Sequence record: NC_041972.1
Reading direction: 5' to 3' (one strand)
DNA length: 64,000 nucleotides
The first letter of the stretch is position 1. Every line of letters starts with the position of its first letter. Below, piece by piece: positions 28,149-37,907 of this stretch. Below the pieces are notes generated by a model, which searched no databases, was not told where the DNA came from, and worked only from the letters and a program-made list of their open reading frames with translations. The position numbers and the translations under genes are program-made.

Positions 28149-28499
28149 ATGGTTGGTATTGGCTTATCTGTCTGCTTTCGTTTACGTGCAGAAGAAGTCG
28201 ACCCTTTCTTGGTGGGGGTGTGTAATTACGATGTCCTGATCACCGAGGAACGGGTGCCCAGTTTATTGAAAGAGCTGGAGGGGATGTATAAGCGGGTGAT
28301 GTATCGTTACGATCATCAGTGTGATTTCAAACTGGAAGGTAACCTGTTGGAGATCGTGTTGCCGTTTCATCCTAACCCGTTTGAAGGAAAGCTTGCACCG
28401 GCAATCACCGTGCGCATCCCTAAAGATGTGAACTATGCGGTGAACGGGTGTATGAAAGAAACCCATGAAGTGTTGTATCCGCTGACCAAAGCAGCTTAA
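28149..28499 (+). CDS. Hypothetical protein
   Basis: 116 aa from ATG after GAGGT. Confidence 0.65.
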   Translation: MVGIGLSVCFRLRAEEVDPFLVGVCNYDVLITEERVPSLLKELEGMYKRVMYRYDHQCDFKLEGNLLEIVLPFHPNPFEGKLAPAITVRIPKDVNYAVNGCMKETHEVLYPLTKAA

Positions 28500-28511
28500 A
28501 GAATTTATAAA

Positions 28512-28529
28512 CCTACATTACTCTCGTGA
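28512..28529 (+). promoter_or_regulatory. Putative early promoter
   Basis: CCTACATTAC-tctc-GTGA. Confidence 0.65.
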
Positions 28530-28558
28530 TGTAAGATAATTAACTAAGTGGGTGCATT

Positions 28559-29176
28559 ATGGCCTGGAATGGGTATGTCCTGGAATTCTTGGGCAATGAC
28601 CTCGGGAAGTATTACCTGGGAATCAGTAACATCGATGCTAAGCAGCAAGATGAGTTGATGCTTGCAGCATTGCGTGCCGGTGGTCCTGCGTTACCAGTAG
28701 AGATCCAAACAGCCTATAAACAGATGGCTGAGAAAGAAGTCTTGCTGTTTACCCATGTTCCGTTTAATGCGGAGTACGCGGTTGTGGAAGCCTGGCAGAA
28801 TGACCACATTCATGCACAGTCTCTGAAAGCACGTCGGTTTCGATTCCCGAGTCATCGACGAGAGACACTGTTCCAATGTATCAATGCCGAACAGATTGTC
28901 AGTAAGATAAAGCAATTGCGCAGTCGAGTGACCGTGCAAGCCGGTATCCGCTTTGATGGCTTTTATCATCCGCAGCTGATGATGACAGACCAACAATGGG
29001 TGCAGGAGCTGGAGATGCTCAATCAACTGCAATCGCTTTATTATTATCTGGGCGATTTCATTGAGTTCTTTGATGAAGAGTTCAAGGAGTTCAAAGGCAC
29101 CGAAAGTGTCAAGGCGTTACCGTACCGCAATCCGTATTTCATCAACTTAGGATTGCAGTTAAGTCAGATGTGTTAA
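28559..29176 (+). CDS. Hypothetical protein
   Basis: 205 aa downstream of promoter motif. Confidence 0.7.
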   Translation: MAWNGYVLEFLGNDLGKYYLGISNIDAKQQDELMLAALRAGGPALPVEIQTAYKQMAEKEVLLFTHVPFNAEYAVVEAWQNDHIHAQSLKARRFRFPSHRRETLFQCINAEQIVSKIKQLRSRVTVQAGIRFDGFYHPQLMMTDQQWVQELEMLNQLQSLYYYLGDFIEFFDEEFKEFKGTESVKALPYRNPYFINLGLQLSQMC

Positions 29177-29228
29177 CCCTCCTACCTTGGCCTATCATGG
29201 CCGCTTACTAAAGCAAAGAGAGATTACC

Positions 29229-29858
29229 ATGAATATCATCAACACTGTATGTGAACTGACCAACATCTCCATCGCCATCAGCATCACCCATGATGAGGAG
29301 GTGAACTCCACCCTGGTGGCATTGGATATCAACAATGTCCCGTTCTTCAGCTACCAGTGGGGTCAGGTAACCAAAGGTCAGCGTAAAGTCCAGCTGGGTG
29401 CTACAAGCCATGGCCTGAGTGCGTTGTATCTGCACCTGCATCACAATGTCATCGACAGCCGTAACACCGACATCGCCCAGTGTTATCTCACCAACCGGGA
29501 TGAGATCTTAGCCGTCGTGCGAGACCTGGGTGTGATCTTCAATGGCACTGAGTGGATTGAGAAACTCGATATCTCGCATTACCGTCTGGCAATCGAAGAG
29601 CAGTTCCCAGGGGAAACCAAAGCAGTGATGGTGCTGACCAGCAAGGGTGATGAACACCGTGCGGCGTACACTTTCACTGCTAACAATTTAGGTGACCTTA
29701 TGGGGACCGGGATCAAGCGGGGTGAGACGGTGGTGTTAAGCGGACATAACAGCCGATTTGTTCACGACTACGCATCCACTGTAGTGCCGCCTCAGATCAG
29801 CGATGTTATCAGCAGTCATGCCGATACATTGAAAGCCCGTTTCCCGGCGTTAGTTTAA
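29229..29858 (+). CDS. Hypothetical protein
   Basis: 209 aa from ATG after GAGAG. Confidence 0.7.
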   Translation: MNIINTVCELTNISIAISITHDEEVNSTLVALDINNVPFFSYQWGQVTKGQRKVQLGATSHGLSALYLHLHHNVIDSRNTDIAQCYLTNRDEILAVVRDLGVIFNGTEWIEKLDISHYRLAIEEQFPGETKAVMVLTSKGDEHRAAYTFTANNLGDLMGTGIKRGETVVLSGHNSRFVHDYASTVVPPQISDVISSHADTLKARFPALV

Positions 29859-29891
29859 TCTCCCCTTTTCCTTCTATTTAGAGAAACCGTT

Positions 29892-31505
29892 ATGCACATT
29901 CAAGATATGACTTTTCGCATTCACACAACTATAAGTTCACGTGACGATCTGGATAACGTTGTTCGCCTGGTCAATCAAAATGATGAGGTGATTATTGAAC
30001 ACGCACTTCATGACGCCATGCTGCCTGTAATTTATCAAAATGATAAACTGGCTGCTGCGTATTTGGCGGTGGTTTACATGTACACCCGTGACATGCCAGA
30101 AGGACAAGGTGCGGCAAGCTATGACTTCCATCGTACGGCCGGCATTATCCTGGATCAGTTTGTAGAAGACAGTAACCTGGGTGAGTTCGAAGCAGATGAC
30201 TGGGGTCAGATTGAAGTGATGGTACCCAACCTACCAGAAGGGGTGCGGGCCTTTGTACATACCACCGATGGGTCTGATGTGAACATCCGTATCTATCGCC
30301 AAGACCGCGGTCTGGTGAATGAGCGTCTGTTTACCTACAGCGATGAAGAGACGGTTCCTTCTATTGAAGAGATGCTTGCGCAATGGGATGCTGATGTCGC
30401 TCCTACCGCAGATCCGGTACAGGAAAACGCAGCCAGCATCTCGTTTGGTGACGTCTCCTTTATTTACACCCTGGACATGAGCAAGGAAGGGCGCGAACAA
30501 CGTAAAGCTATTATGCAGGTGGTAATTGGTGATCGCCTGGTCGCTCAGCAGAAAGTCCATGAGAACACCCAGCCACTCATGTATTACATGATGGAAGTGT
30601 TCAACATGTTGGCGCTGCGCATGACCGTGGGTCCGGTAGAAGGCATTAACGCTCAAGACCGGGTAACCTTACTGACGGCTATCAGCGGGTTTGTGGGCGG
30701 GCATTTAGCGATGCCTGATCAGGTGCAAATCGCAGAAGGTATGCAGTACATGCACGAAGGTGCGATCAGTGACGAAGTAACCTACATGGTTTCACATCAG
30801 CTGATTGCCGACAACCATCTGCGGGCGACCTACCAGTTCAATACCGTGGTCGATGAAACGATGCGTCGTTCAATCACCATGTGTGATGAAGTGAGCTACC
30901 TGGAAAACCCGATGAGTCCACAGGCGTTCTTCACTGCGTATCAGGCAGACCTCAGCCGTGAGCTGAAACTGTCTCGGATGTTTGACATCGCAATGATTGC
31001 GGCCATCGATCGCGGTCAGGGTCTCGGTAAAGATAACGAACTGCTGTATCGTATCAAAGAAGACATGAAGTACTTCAAAGAGATGACACTGCATTCACCG
31101 GTGATCATGGGACGGAAAACATATGAGTCGTTACCGAACCCGTTGGTAGATCGCCTGAACATCGTTATCACTACCGCCCCGACCAACACCTATACCACCC
31201 GCTCAGGTGTGGTGTTCGTCAACAGCAAAGAAGAAGCCCTGTTGCACGCGAAAGGTTATCTGGCTGAACATGGAGGTGATAAGATCTGGATCATCGGAGG
31301 CGCGAGTATCTATGCTGCATTCCTGCCGGATGCCAAAGAGATCCATCTGACCACCATCGGCACTGAGCGTGAAGATGCTGATACGTTCTTCCCGGAAGTT
31401 GATCTGCGTCAGTTTAACGCTGCACGTCAGTTTGAGGAAGACCAGGTGTTCGAGCGTGAAGGTGAAACCTTTGGCTACAACCGCGTCATCCTGACCCGTA
31501 AGTAA
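29892..31505 (+). CDS. folA: Unknown N-terminal domain (~360 aa) fused to dihydrofolate reductase
   Basis: From nt 30978: IAMIAA....GLGKDN.L....EDM..FK..T....VIMGRKT.ES...L..R.NIV, IWIIGGA.IY, D.FFP; continuous frame. Confidence 0.9.
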   Translation: MHIQDMTFRIHTTISSRDDLDNVVRLVNQNDEVIIEHALHDAMLPVIYQNDKLAAAYLAVVYMYTRDMPEGQGAASYDFHRTAGIILDQFVEDSNLGEFEADDWGQIEVMVPNLPEGVRAFVHTTDGSDVNIRIYRQDRGLVNERLFTYSDEETVPSIEEMLAQWDADVAPTADPVQENAASISFGDVSFIYTLDMSKEGREQRKAIMQVVIGDRLVAQQKVHENTQPLMYYMMEVFNMLALRMTVGPVEGINAQDRVTLLTAISGFVGGHLAMPDQVQIAEGMQYMHEGAISDEVTYMVSHQLIADNHLRATYQFNTVVDETMRRSITMCDEVSYLENPMSPQAFFTAYQADLSRELKLSRMFDIAMIAAIDRGQGLGKDNELLYRIKEDMKYFKEMTLHSPVIMGRKTYESLPNPLVDRLNIVITTAPTNTYTTRSGVVFVNSKEEALLHAKGYLAEHGGDKIWIIGGASIYAAFLPDAKEIHLTTIGTEREDADTFFPEVDLRQFNAARQFEEDQVFEREGETFGYNRVILTRK

Positions 31506-31560
31506 TTTAACCCCCTGGGGAGGCAACTCCCCATTCTTGTCTATAAAGGAAACATTTCTC

Positions 31561-32193
31561 ATGGCGATTGAAAAAGCAGCAGTACCGGCAAATGTAGTTG
31601 AGATCACTGGCAAGACCCTGGACCAGGCCCGCGGCGATATCCCGAACGCCATCATGTTACTGGACAGCAATACGGTCGATGTGCGCTACACCCCGGCATT
31701 CAATAAACTGCCTGCAGATTTGCAGCACGTCATCCTGGTTGCACAGACCGGCAACCCAGTGATCTCATTAGAGCGCCCACTGGATGCGACCGGAAAGGTT
31801 GACGCGACCAACCCGAACATGGTGATTGCCGCAGCAGTACAAAAAGATGGCCAGCCATTAGGGATCTACCACCCTGCTCTGATGGGTCGTCTGCGTCAAA
31901 TTCCAAACGGCTATCTGCTTTATACCCACTACCACACCAGTAGTAAAGCGGACTTCTCTTATCCGGCGTTTGAGAAAGCCTTGGCGGAATATTGCATGCT
32001 GGCGTTTGCGTTAGGTACGAAAGAGCAACCGGTGGTAATTAACATGCCCGGTCTGCAATGTGCCAATAGCTTCGTCTGGGAAGAGATCAACGGTGAGCGT
32101 GTACCAACACTGAGCCCGCGTCATCTTGAGCGTGTGAAAGAAGTCATTGCTAACACCATGTTCGCCGGGTCAACGGTTTATCTGGTGCTGTGA
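31561..32193 (+). CDS. Possible degenerate macrodomain protein
   Basis: C-terminal YLLYT...FSYPAFEKAL....INMPGLQCA...W...V..VI echoes macrodomain NLYT...Y.AL..IAMP.IGCG...W..V..II. Confidence 0.45.
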   Translation: MAIEKAAVPANVVEITGKTLDQARGDIPNAIMLLDSNTVDVRYTPAFNKLPADLQHVILVAQTGNPVISLERPLDATGKVDATNPNMVIAAAVQKDGQPLGIYHPALMGRLRQIPNGYLLYTHYHTSSKADFSYPAFEKALAEYCMLAFALGTKEQPVVINMPGLQCANSFVWEEINGERVPTLSPRHLERVKEVIANTMFAGSTVYLVL

Positions 32194-32384
32194 TGAAAGC
32201 GTGCCCTCTCTGTGCTTCATCGGCTAAGACCTACAAATACGCGTTAGTGTTCTGGGGCGTGCGTTGTACCAGCTGTATGTTGTTCCTCAAAGATATGAAC
32301 ACCTCTGAGGCGGCGGCTATTCGTCAGTGGGATACGCGCATTACCCCCGAAGAGAAAGCAGCAAAGAAACGCAAGAAAGCTTAA
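32193..32384 (+). CDS. Lar/Ral restriction-alleviation-like Zn-finger protein
   Basis: K.CP.C...V.C..C.....EA.AI..W..R pattern; TGATG coupling. Confidence 0.7.
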   Translation: MKACPLCASSAKTYKYALVFWGVRCTSCMLFLKDMNTSEAAAIRQWDTRITPEEKAAKKRKKA

Positions 32385-32405
32385 CCCCTGGATAAAGGAG
32401 TCGTC

Positions 32406-32720
32406 GTGCTGAAAAGAACAGTACTGAGTTTGGTCACCTGCTTTATGCTATCGGGCTGTGGAATGGCAGAATCCGAAGATGTGCCGGTCAAATCGGTTGA
32501 GGGCGTTGTGATCAGCGATGAGGTCTGTCAAGTCGGTCAAAAGTGCGAGGCAGTGATTGCCCGCGATCAAACCGCCTGGACATACCAGATTGCAGAAGGG
32601 CCTTTTAAGAAAGGCACGGTGCTTTATAAAGCGTGTGCATATCACCGTACACACGAGCGCTGCAGTTCGGTTTGGTCACCCACTCCTGATCGGTTTATTC
32701 CGCCGGAGTCAAAGAACTAA
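32406..32720 (+). CDS. Small lipoprotein
   Basis: AAGGAG RBS; lipobox LSGC; four further Cys. Confidence 0.7.
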   Translation: MLKRTVLSLVTCFMLSGCGMAESEDVPVKSVEGVVISDEVCQVGQKCEAVIARDQTAWTYQIAEGPFKKGTVLYKACAYHRTHERCSSVWSPTPDRFIPPESKN

Positions 32721-32780
32721 GTTGTAACCACGGCGTGTCATGCGCCGTTTTAATTTAACCCTGCTGTAAGGTAATTCACC

Positions 32781-33869
32781 ATGAAAGACTCAGAACACCA
32801 AGATACTACAATTGATAATGTCTCTCAGTATGCGGGAGAACTGGCGGACCTGATTGAAGAGTTTGTGGCAGACCGATTTACCTTAATGGACGATGCGGTT
32901 CTTGAATCCCTTTATGCCGACTTACCGGATGTCACCTATTTGAAAGGTGTGGTGAAAGGCTTACGTCGAAACCTGATGCGGCAGGCAGCGTCGATCAATG
33001 TCGAAGACGCATACCCGAAAGTTATGGTGTTTAAAGAACAACCGTTAACCGCTGAGGATATCAAAGAGATTATCCAGACTGATTGTCCTGACATGCCGGC
33101 GGATAAAGTTACACAAACCGTAACAGAAGTCATGACGGTAACTGATGAAGAAGAAGACGACGATAACAGCGAAGCGCTGCGTCTACGGGAACGCAACAAA
33201 CCCGAACATATCCCAAGCCTTGATGAACTCATGCAAGCGGATGGGAAAGGTTGGGGTTCGGTGAGTGCGGTGATCACACCCCCGCCAGTCATTGAACCTG
33301 CTCGTCCTGCAAGACCCTCACGAGCTGAACGCTTTGGCACCTCAAATGTTGAGTTAGCTGAATTACTGAGCCAGGCCAAACCGGGCAGTGTGTTCTCTGC
33401 TGACACCATTAAATCTGCAAAAGATAAAAACCTGGTGCTGGTGAAATCCCCCGAGACAAAACACTTTGAACCCCTGCGTTTGTTAGAACGTTCTGATCCG
33501 CAATATTACCAATACATGTGGCCAGCATTATTCGAAGCCCTGGAGGCTGTGTTGAATGACACAAGCTTAACGGTGAATCGGATGCGTCGTCTGGATGAAG
33601 AGATGCTTGAGCGCTTTGGTGATACCTTAGCTGCCGCGGTCACGACTATCCTGAGTATTGGTAATCACGATCTGTTGATTAAAGAGAACGTCAACTATTT
33701 CATGCAGCAGTGTAATGATCGTGGACTGGATATCAAGCTCTATATGGGCGCTAAGGTTTATAAGCAAGGTCGCTGGATTAACACCTGGATCGACGCAGCA
33801 TTACAAACCCCTAAAGGCAAGTTTATCTTTGGTACCCCGGAGGTGGATGTGGTATGGCAAGCGAAATGA
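32781..33869 (+). CDS. Hypothetical acidic protein
   Basis: 362 aa, AAGGT RBS. Confidence 0.75.
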   Translation: MKDSEHQDTTIDNVSQYAGELADLIEEFVADRFTLMDDAVLESLYADLPDVTYLKGVVKGLRRNLMRQAASINVEDAYPKVMVFKEQPLTAEDIKEIIQTDCPDMPADKVTQTVTEVMTVTDEEEDDDNSEALRLRERNKPEHIPSLDELMQADGKGWGSVSAVITPPPVIEPARPARPSRAERFGTSNVELAELLSQAKPGSVFSADTIKSAKDKNLVLVKSPETKHFEPLRLLERSDPQYYQYMWPALFEALEAVLNDTSLTVNRMRRLDEEMLERFGDTLAAAVTTILSIGNHDLLIKENVNYFMQQCNDRGLDIKLYMGAKVYKQGRWINTWIDAALQTPKGKFIFGTPEVDVVWQAK

Positions 33870-34171
33870 TTGAATGGGAAAAGCTCTTTAACTCGCTAAA
33901 GGCGATTGAACAAAGCGACCAGGTCTGTGATTTACCGACGCGCAATCTGTCGGTCATGATGGCACAGCGGCGCCTCAAGGCTGGATTGCAACGCGCAGTG
34001 AAACGGGTGGATGCGATCATGAGCGCACAGGTACAAACCGACGAAGCGTACGATGAACTGATGCATCGACTGCAAGCGCTGGCATTGCCTGTAACTGTGA
34101 CGCGCTTTACCGGTGGGAAGTGGAATCATGGAGTGATCAGAACCAAGAAAGGTACGATCATGTATGGTTAG
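33866..34171 (+). CDS. Hypothetical protein
   Basis: 101 aa; ATGA overlap. Confidence 0.65.
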   Translation: MIEWEKLFNSLKAIEQSDQVCDLPTRNLSVMMAQRRLKAGLQRAVKRVDAIMSAQVQTDEAYDELMHRLQALALPVTVTRFTGGKWNHGVIRTKKGTIMYG

Positions 34172-34484
34172 AAATAATGTTGTCTCTATTTATAAACCGA
34201 CGTTTCGTAAACGTCTCGCTGTCGACCCGATGGTACTCATCACCGAGTTGCAGCATGTCTTTACAGTGATTGAACTGTGTAAAGCATCTAACAAATATGA
34301 CCATCGTGTGTATGGTAAATTGCTGAAAGATGAGGTACAATTAGTTCGTGACTGTGCAGCGGTGCTTGTACGACATGTGCAGACACCATCCATCGTGCAG
34401 ATGTTGCAAACCGCAATTATCCACGAGAAGCCGGTTGAGTTGATTGCAGCCCGACACGGTGAGTTTTTACAATTGATAAATTAA
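34164..34484 (+). CDS. Hypothetical protein
   Basis: 106 aa; overlaps upstream stop. Confidence 0.6.
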   Translation: MVRNNVVSIYKPTFRKRLAVDPMVLITELQHVFTVIELCKASNKYDHRVYGKLLKDEVQLVRDCAAVLVRHVQTPSIVQMLQTAIIHEKPVELIAARHGEFLQLIN

Positions 34485-34510
34485 CCCCTGAGTATAAGGA
34501 AAATAAAAAT

Positions 34511-34801
34511 ATGGCTAAGAAGATTACCGCAGCAGCTTTAGAGAAAGACATCTTTGATCACGAAGGCATCCGTGTCATCTTCCGTGTACCAACTGGTAAG
34601 CGCATTGCTGAACAGAAATACACTGAAGTCTTCACGAATCGTTCGCCAAAGAACTACACGTTAAAAACCTTACGCGAACGCATCGTCCGTGTGGTGGGTG
34701 AGAACATTGAGTTCTCCATCATCACAGGCGGCGGTGAGATCGCAAACGGCAATTACAAGATCGGTAACTTACGCACCACCTACGAAGTAATCGAAGAGTA
34801 A
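34511..34801 (+). CDS. Hypothetical protein
   Basis: 96 aa, AAGGA RBS. Confidence 0.7.
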   Translation: MAKKITAAALEKDIFDHEGIRVIFRVPTGKRIAEQKYTEVFTNRSPKNYTLKTLRERIVRVVGENIEFSIITGGGEIANGNYKIGNLRTTYEVIEE

Positions 34802-34806
34802 TAGAC

Positions 34807-34847
34807 GGCATAAGAGGAGGAGCAAATGCTCCTCCTCTGTTTATGCT
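34807..34847. terminator. Bidirectional terminator with TATGC on both strands
   Basis: GGCATA-AGAGGAGGAGCA-AA-TGCTCCTCCTCT-GTTTATGCT between convergent genes. Confidence 0.8.
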
Positions 34848-34855
34848 CTTTTTTT

Positions 34856-35695
34856 TTATCCTGCGACTACAGTCTGGTCGGCAGTTAACGCAGAAGGGAA
34901 GCTTCGACCTTTACCCCAGATGATACGAATACCACCTGTACCTGGTGTATACGCACTCCCCATCCCAGCGGCGCCACCGAATCGCCCACCGGTACCACCA
35001 TTTGCGGCTGTACCGGCAGACCCGGCTTTACCAAACTGCGTAATTGTACCACCTGCTCCGGATGTGCTGCCGATTGAGATATCCCCACTGGTACCTTCGC
35101 CGTAGAGACCAACACCCCCGCCCCCGGCACCATAACGGTTACCGTTGTAAGACCAACCAGCACCACCGCCGCCGCCACCTCCTTTACCGGCCTGACCATC
35201 CGCTGTAGGACAACCACCCATTCCGCCATCACCGGAGTAGCCACCCGCGCCACCACCGCCGTTATTGGTACCGGCAGTCTGTCCACCCAACCCACCGTTT
35301 CCACCACCGAGAAGAGGTAGATTAATGGGAGTGCTGGTACTGGTCGAATCACCACCTCTGGCTAACAACAAGACCGTATTACCCCTTAAGAGTTTACTGT
35401 CGTTGCCGGTCATGTCACCAACGATCAGGGTCAGAACTTCACCCGGGGTCACTTTCAAACGGTTGACGTAACGTAGATCGCCACCACGCGCACCGATATG
35501 AGGCGTGCCGGTAAGTCCTTTGCCACCCGATCCGACCGCCACAGCACAGATATCAAACACACCGGCAGGTACCGTCCAAGAGGTGGTCCCGCTGGTTGCA
35601 AATATCTGTTGACCTACCGCAGTGGTGTCACTATCCGGTAACGGACCTCCCCCGGATACTGGTCGGTAACTTGAGTTCAGTAACAGTTCAAACAC
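34856..35695 (-). CDS. Glycine-rich-domain virion/tail accessory protein (paralog 3)
   Basis: GTG start after AAGGAG; MFELLL; W.VPAGV, GGDLR, VTPGEVL, GGDST..STPIN, RIIWGKGRSFPS align with 21999. Confidence 0.75.
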   Translation of the reverse strand: MFELLLNSSYRPVSGGGPLPDSDTTAVGQQIFATSGTTSWTVPAGVFDICAVAVGSGGKGLTGTPHIGARGGDLRYVNRLKVTPGEVLTLIVGDMTGNDSKLLRGNTVLLLARGGDSTSTSTPINLPLLGGGNGGLGGQTAGTNNGGGGAGGYSGDGGMGGCPTADGQAGKGGGGGGGAGWSYNGNRYGAGGGGVGLYGEGTSGDISIGSTSGAGGTITQFGKAGSAGTAANGGTGGRFGGAAGMGSAYTPGTGGIRIIWGKGRSFPSALTADQTVVAG

Positions 35696-35704
35696 GGTAA
35701 CTCC

Positions 35705-37828
35705 TTACCAGCTAAATGCTTTATTGGCACGTGGCATAGTCACTTCCATTGGGATATCTTCCGTGACGAGCTCTTGGCTTTCCAGATCGTCTAACCATGC
35801 TTCCATTCCTGCTGAGAGGAACTGGTGCTCGTGCGCACTTTCTTCAAACGATTCCAACCCTACTGCTTCAGCGATCTCTTCAACTTCAACGTTCGAACCA
35901 TAACGGTCCAAGCCCATCAGTGCATCAACCTGAGACTTCGACCAGGCCATGATGTCTTCTGAGCGTGTTGAGATGTTCGGCATGGCACCGGTATCCAATA
36001 CGAAGTTAAAGATGTACACTTCGTCTTCCTGGCCAATACGATGCATACGTGAGACAGCCTGCTCGTAGTGGTGGAAACGGAAGGGTTTGTTCAGCATGAG
36101 ACCACAGTTTGCTTCAGTCAGAGGTACGGCTTCTGCCAGTGAGCGGAAGGTGGCGATCCCGGGGTTAACGTCTTCAGAAGCACGGAACGACTTCACCATC
36201 TCAACCAGGTCTTTGTTGGTATCGCCGTAAACCACAACTGGCTTATACCCCAGACCCCGACAGATCAACGCCATGGTTTCCAGCGCAGGCACAAAGTCAG
36301 TGAAGATCAGGGTCTTCTTTTTGGCGTTGTCAATGTAGGTACCGAACGGAATCGCCTCAGCAAGCTCTACGTGACACATGGTGCGTTCTTTACCCAACAC
36401 CCTACCCAGACACTCCCCTTTGATTTTCAAGTCCACATACTTGATTACAGAGCGGGCATCTTTGAACGTCTTACGCATGTGGTCCGGGAGCACCGGGATG
36501 ATGCGCTTGAGTTCGTACTCATTACAATACTGACTCATGTAGGCCATCGAGTAGGGATCAAACCCCTGGGTGACAAACGTGTTCACGTATTGGTTGTAGA
36601 GTTTGAAGTCCTCTTTCTCTTTGGGGGAGTGCAAGGTCTTCTCATACCACCCCAGTGCATCGTCGTAGATTTTCTGGTAGGCCGGCTTGTTGTCGGTATA
36701 GAACTTAAACCGCTCTTGAATGAACGCCATCATGATCCGTTGGATGTTATCCAGAGTATAATGCGCACCATTCTTAATCTTGATCTTCACCGTCATCTCG
36801 ATCGGCTTGGTGGTCATGAACTTCGACTTCGGTACTGAGAAGCTCACAATCCCCAATCGGTTCGCCAGGATGTCGTTGGCTTTGGTGGCTGTCTTGCCCC
36901 AGATTTTACGCATCGCTAATTCAACATCATTAGTGAAACCGGGGATCAGGGTACGGAACAACGGTACAGCTTCAGTACCCATTGCGGTCAGCGCAGTACC
37001 GGAAGCCCAGACGATATCCTGCGACCCTGAGACCTGGCAGAGTTCCACAAACAGGTTGGTGCGAATCGACTCTTTGGTTTTCTGGTTTAAGTTGTGCGAC
37101 TCATCGAGGATAATTCCGACGTTAGGTAGACGCAGCTCTTTCACCATCTTCACCACTTCATCCAATCGCTCGTAGTGCGCAACGATCCATTTGGTGCCTT
37201 TACGGTATGGCTGGTCATACTCCGCAACCCAGACCGACTCCTCTGTCGTAAGTTCTGTGGTGATCGTGCGCTCCCAAACATCGCGTGTGGCTTTCTTGGG
37301 GGCAATGACAATCACGTAATCTTTCTTACGACAGAGCATGGTCATGATACTGCAGAGCGTCTTACCGGCACCGGGGGCGGCAGAGAGTAAAGCACCGCGC
37401 AGGCCGTAGCGTGGGATCACTGTGTTGTAGTAGTTCAGCCAGTTGCGTTGTTCAGGTAGTGGGGTCTTTTTAACATATTTCAACTGGTTCAGGTCGATGA
37501 TATCTTCATACTGCTCCTCGAGGTTGCGCATCCAGGTGTTCTTGCGCAGCAGCTCCAGGATCTTACCCAGGCCCCGACGATCTGACCAGGTCTTATCGTG
37601 CTCGTAGAGTTGCTTTAAGATGTACTCGACTTCGATGGCAAAGAAGCTGTTAAAGCTGATCTTGTTCTGGGTTACCTCTCGAAAGAGATAGCCGGCAATT
37701 TTACTGGTCTTCCAGACCTTGAGAATATCGCGCGTTGCCAGCGGGGCATTAAAGCCAGTGATGGTGATGATATCGTTTTTCTCTTCGACGTTAATGAACC
37801 CTAACGCCCGACGCAGGTAGTCAAACAT
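35705..37828 (-). CDS. SF2 (SNF2/DEAD-like) helicase
   Basis: 707 aa; AAPGAGKT (I), ILDESH (II), SGT (III), QAVSRMHRIGQ (VI). Confidence 0.9.
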   Translation of the reverse strand: MFDYLRRALGFINVEEKNDIITITGFNAPLATRDILKVWKTSKIAGYLFREVTQNKISFNSFFAIEVEYILKQLYEHDKTWSDRRGLGKILELLRKNTWMRNLEEQYEDIIDLNQLKYVKKTPLPEQRNWLNYYNTVIPRYGLRGALLSAAPGAGKTLCSIMTMLCRKKDYVIVIAPKKATRDVWERTITTELTTEESVWVAEYDQPYRKGTKWIVAHYERLDEVVKMVKELRLPNVGIILDESHNLNQKTKESIRTNLFVELCQVSGSQDIVWASGTALTAMGTEAVPLFRTLIPGFTNDVELAMRKIWGKTATKANDILANRLGIVSFSVPKSKFMTTKPIEMTVKIKIKNGAHYTLDNIQRIMMAFIQERFKFYTDNKPAYQKIYDDALGWYEKTLHSPKEKEDFKLYNQYVNTFVTQGFDPYSMAYMSQYCNEYELKRIIPVLPDHMRKTFKDARSVIKYVDLKIKGECLGRVLGKERTMCHVELAEAIPFGTYIDNAKKKTLIFTDFVPALETMALICRGLGYKPVVVYGDTNKDLVEMVKSFRASEDVNPGIATFRSLAEAVPLTEANCGLMLNKPFRFHHYEQAVSRMHRIGQEDEVYIFNFVLDTGAMPNISTRSEDIMAWSKSQVDALMGLDRYGSNVEVEEIAEAVGLESFEESAHEHQFLSAGMEAWLDDLESQELVTEDIPMEVTMPRANKAFSW

Positions 37829-37907
37829 AAATGCCCCTTAGGAAAGTTAAATCATACTAATGTGATCTATAAAATAACGTGCGATATAGAATCTATATTT
37901 TTACATA

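Noticed and set aside
34807-34847. TATG after hairpins as phiKZ-type late promoters
   Set aside because: At convergent junctions they would drive antisense transcription on both strands; a terminator role is more parsimonious, though a promoter role is not excluded at other sites.
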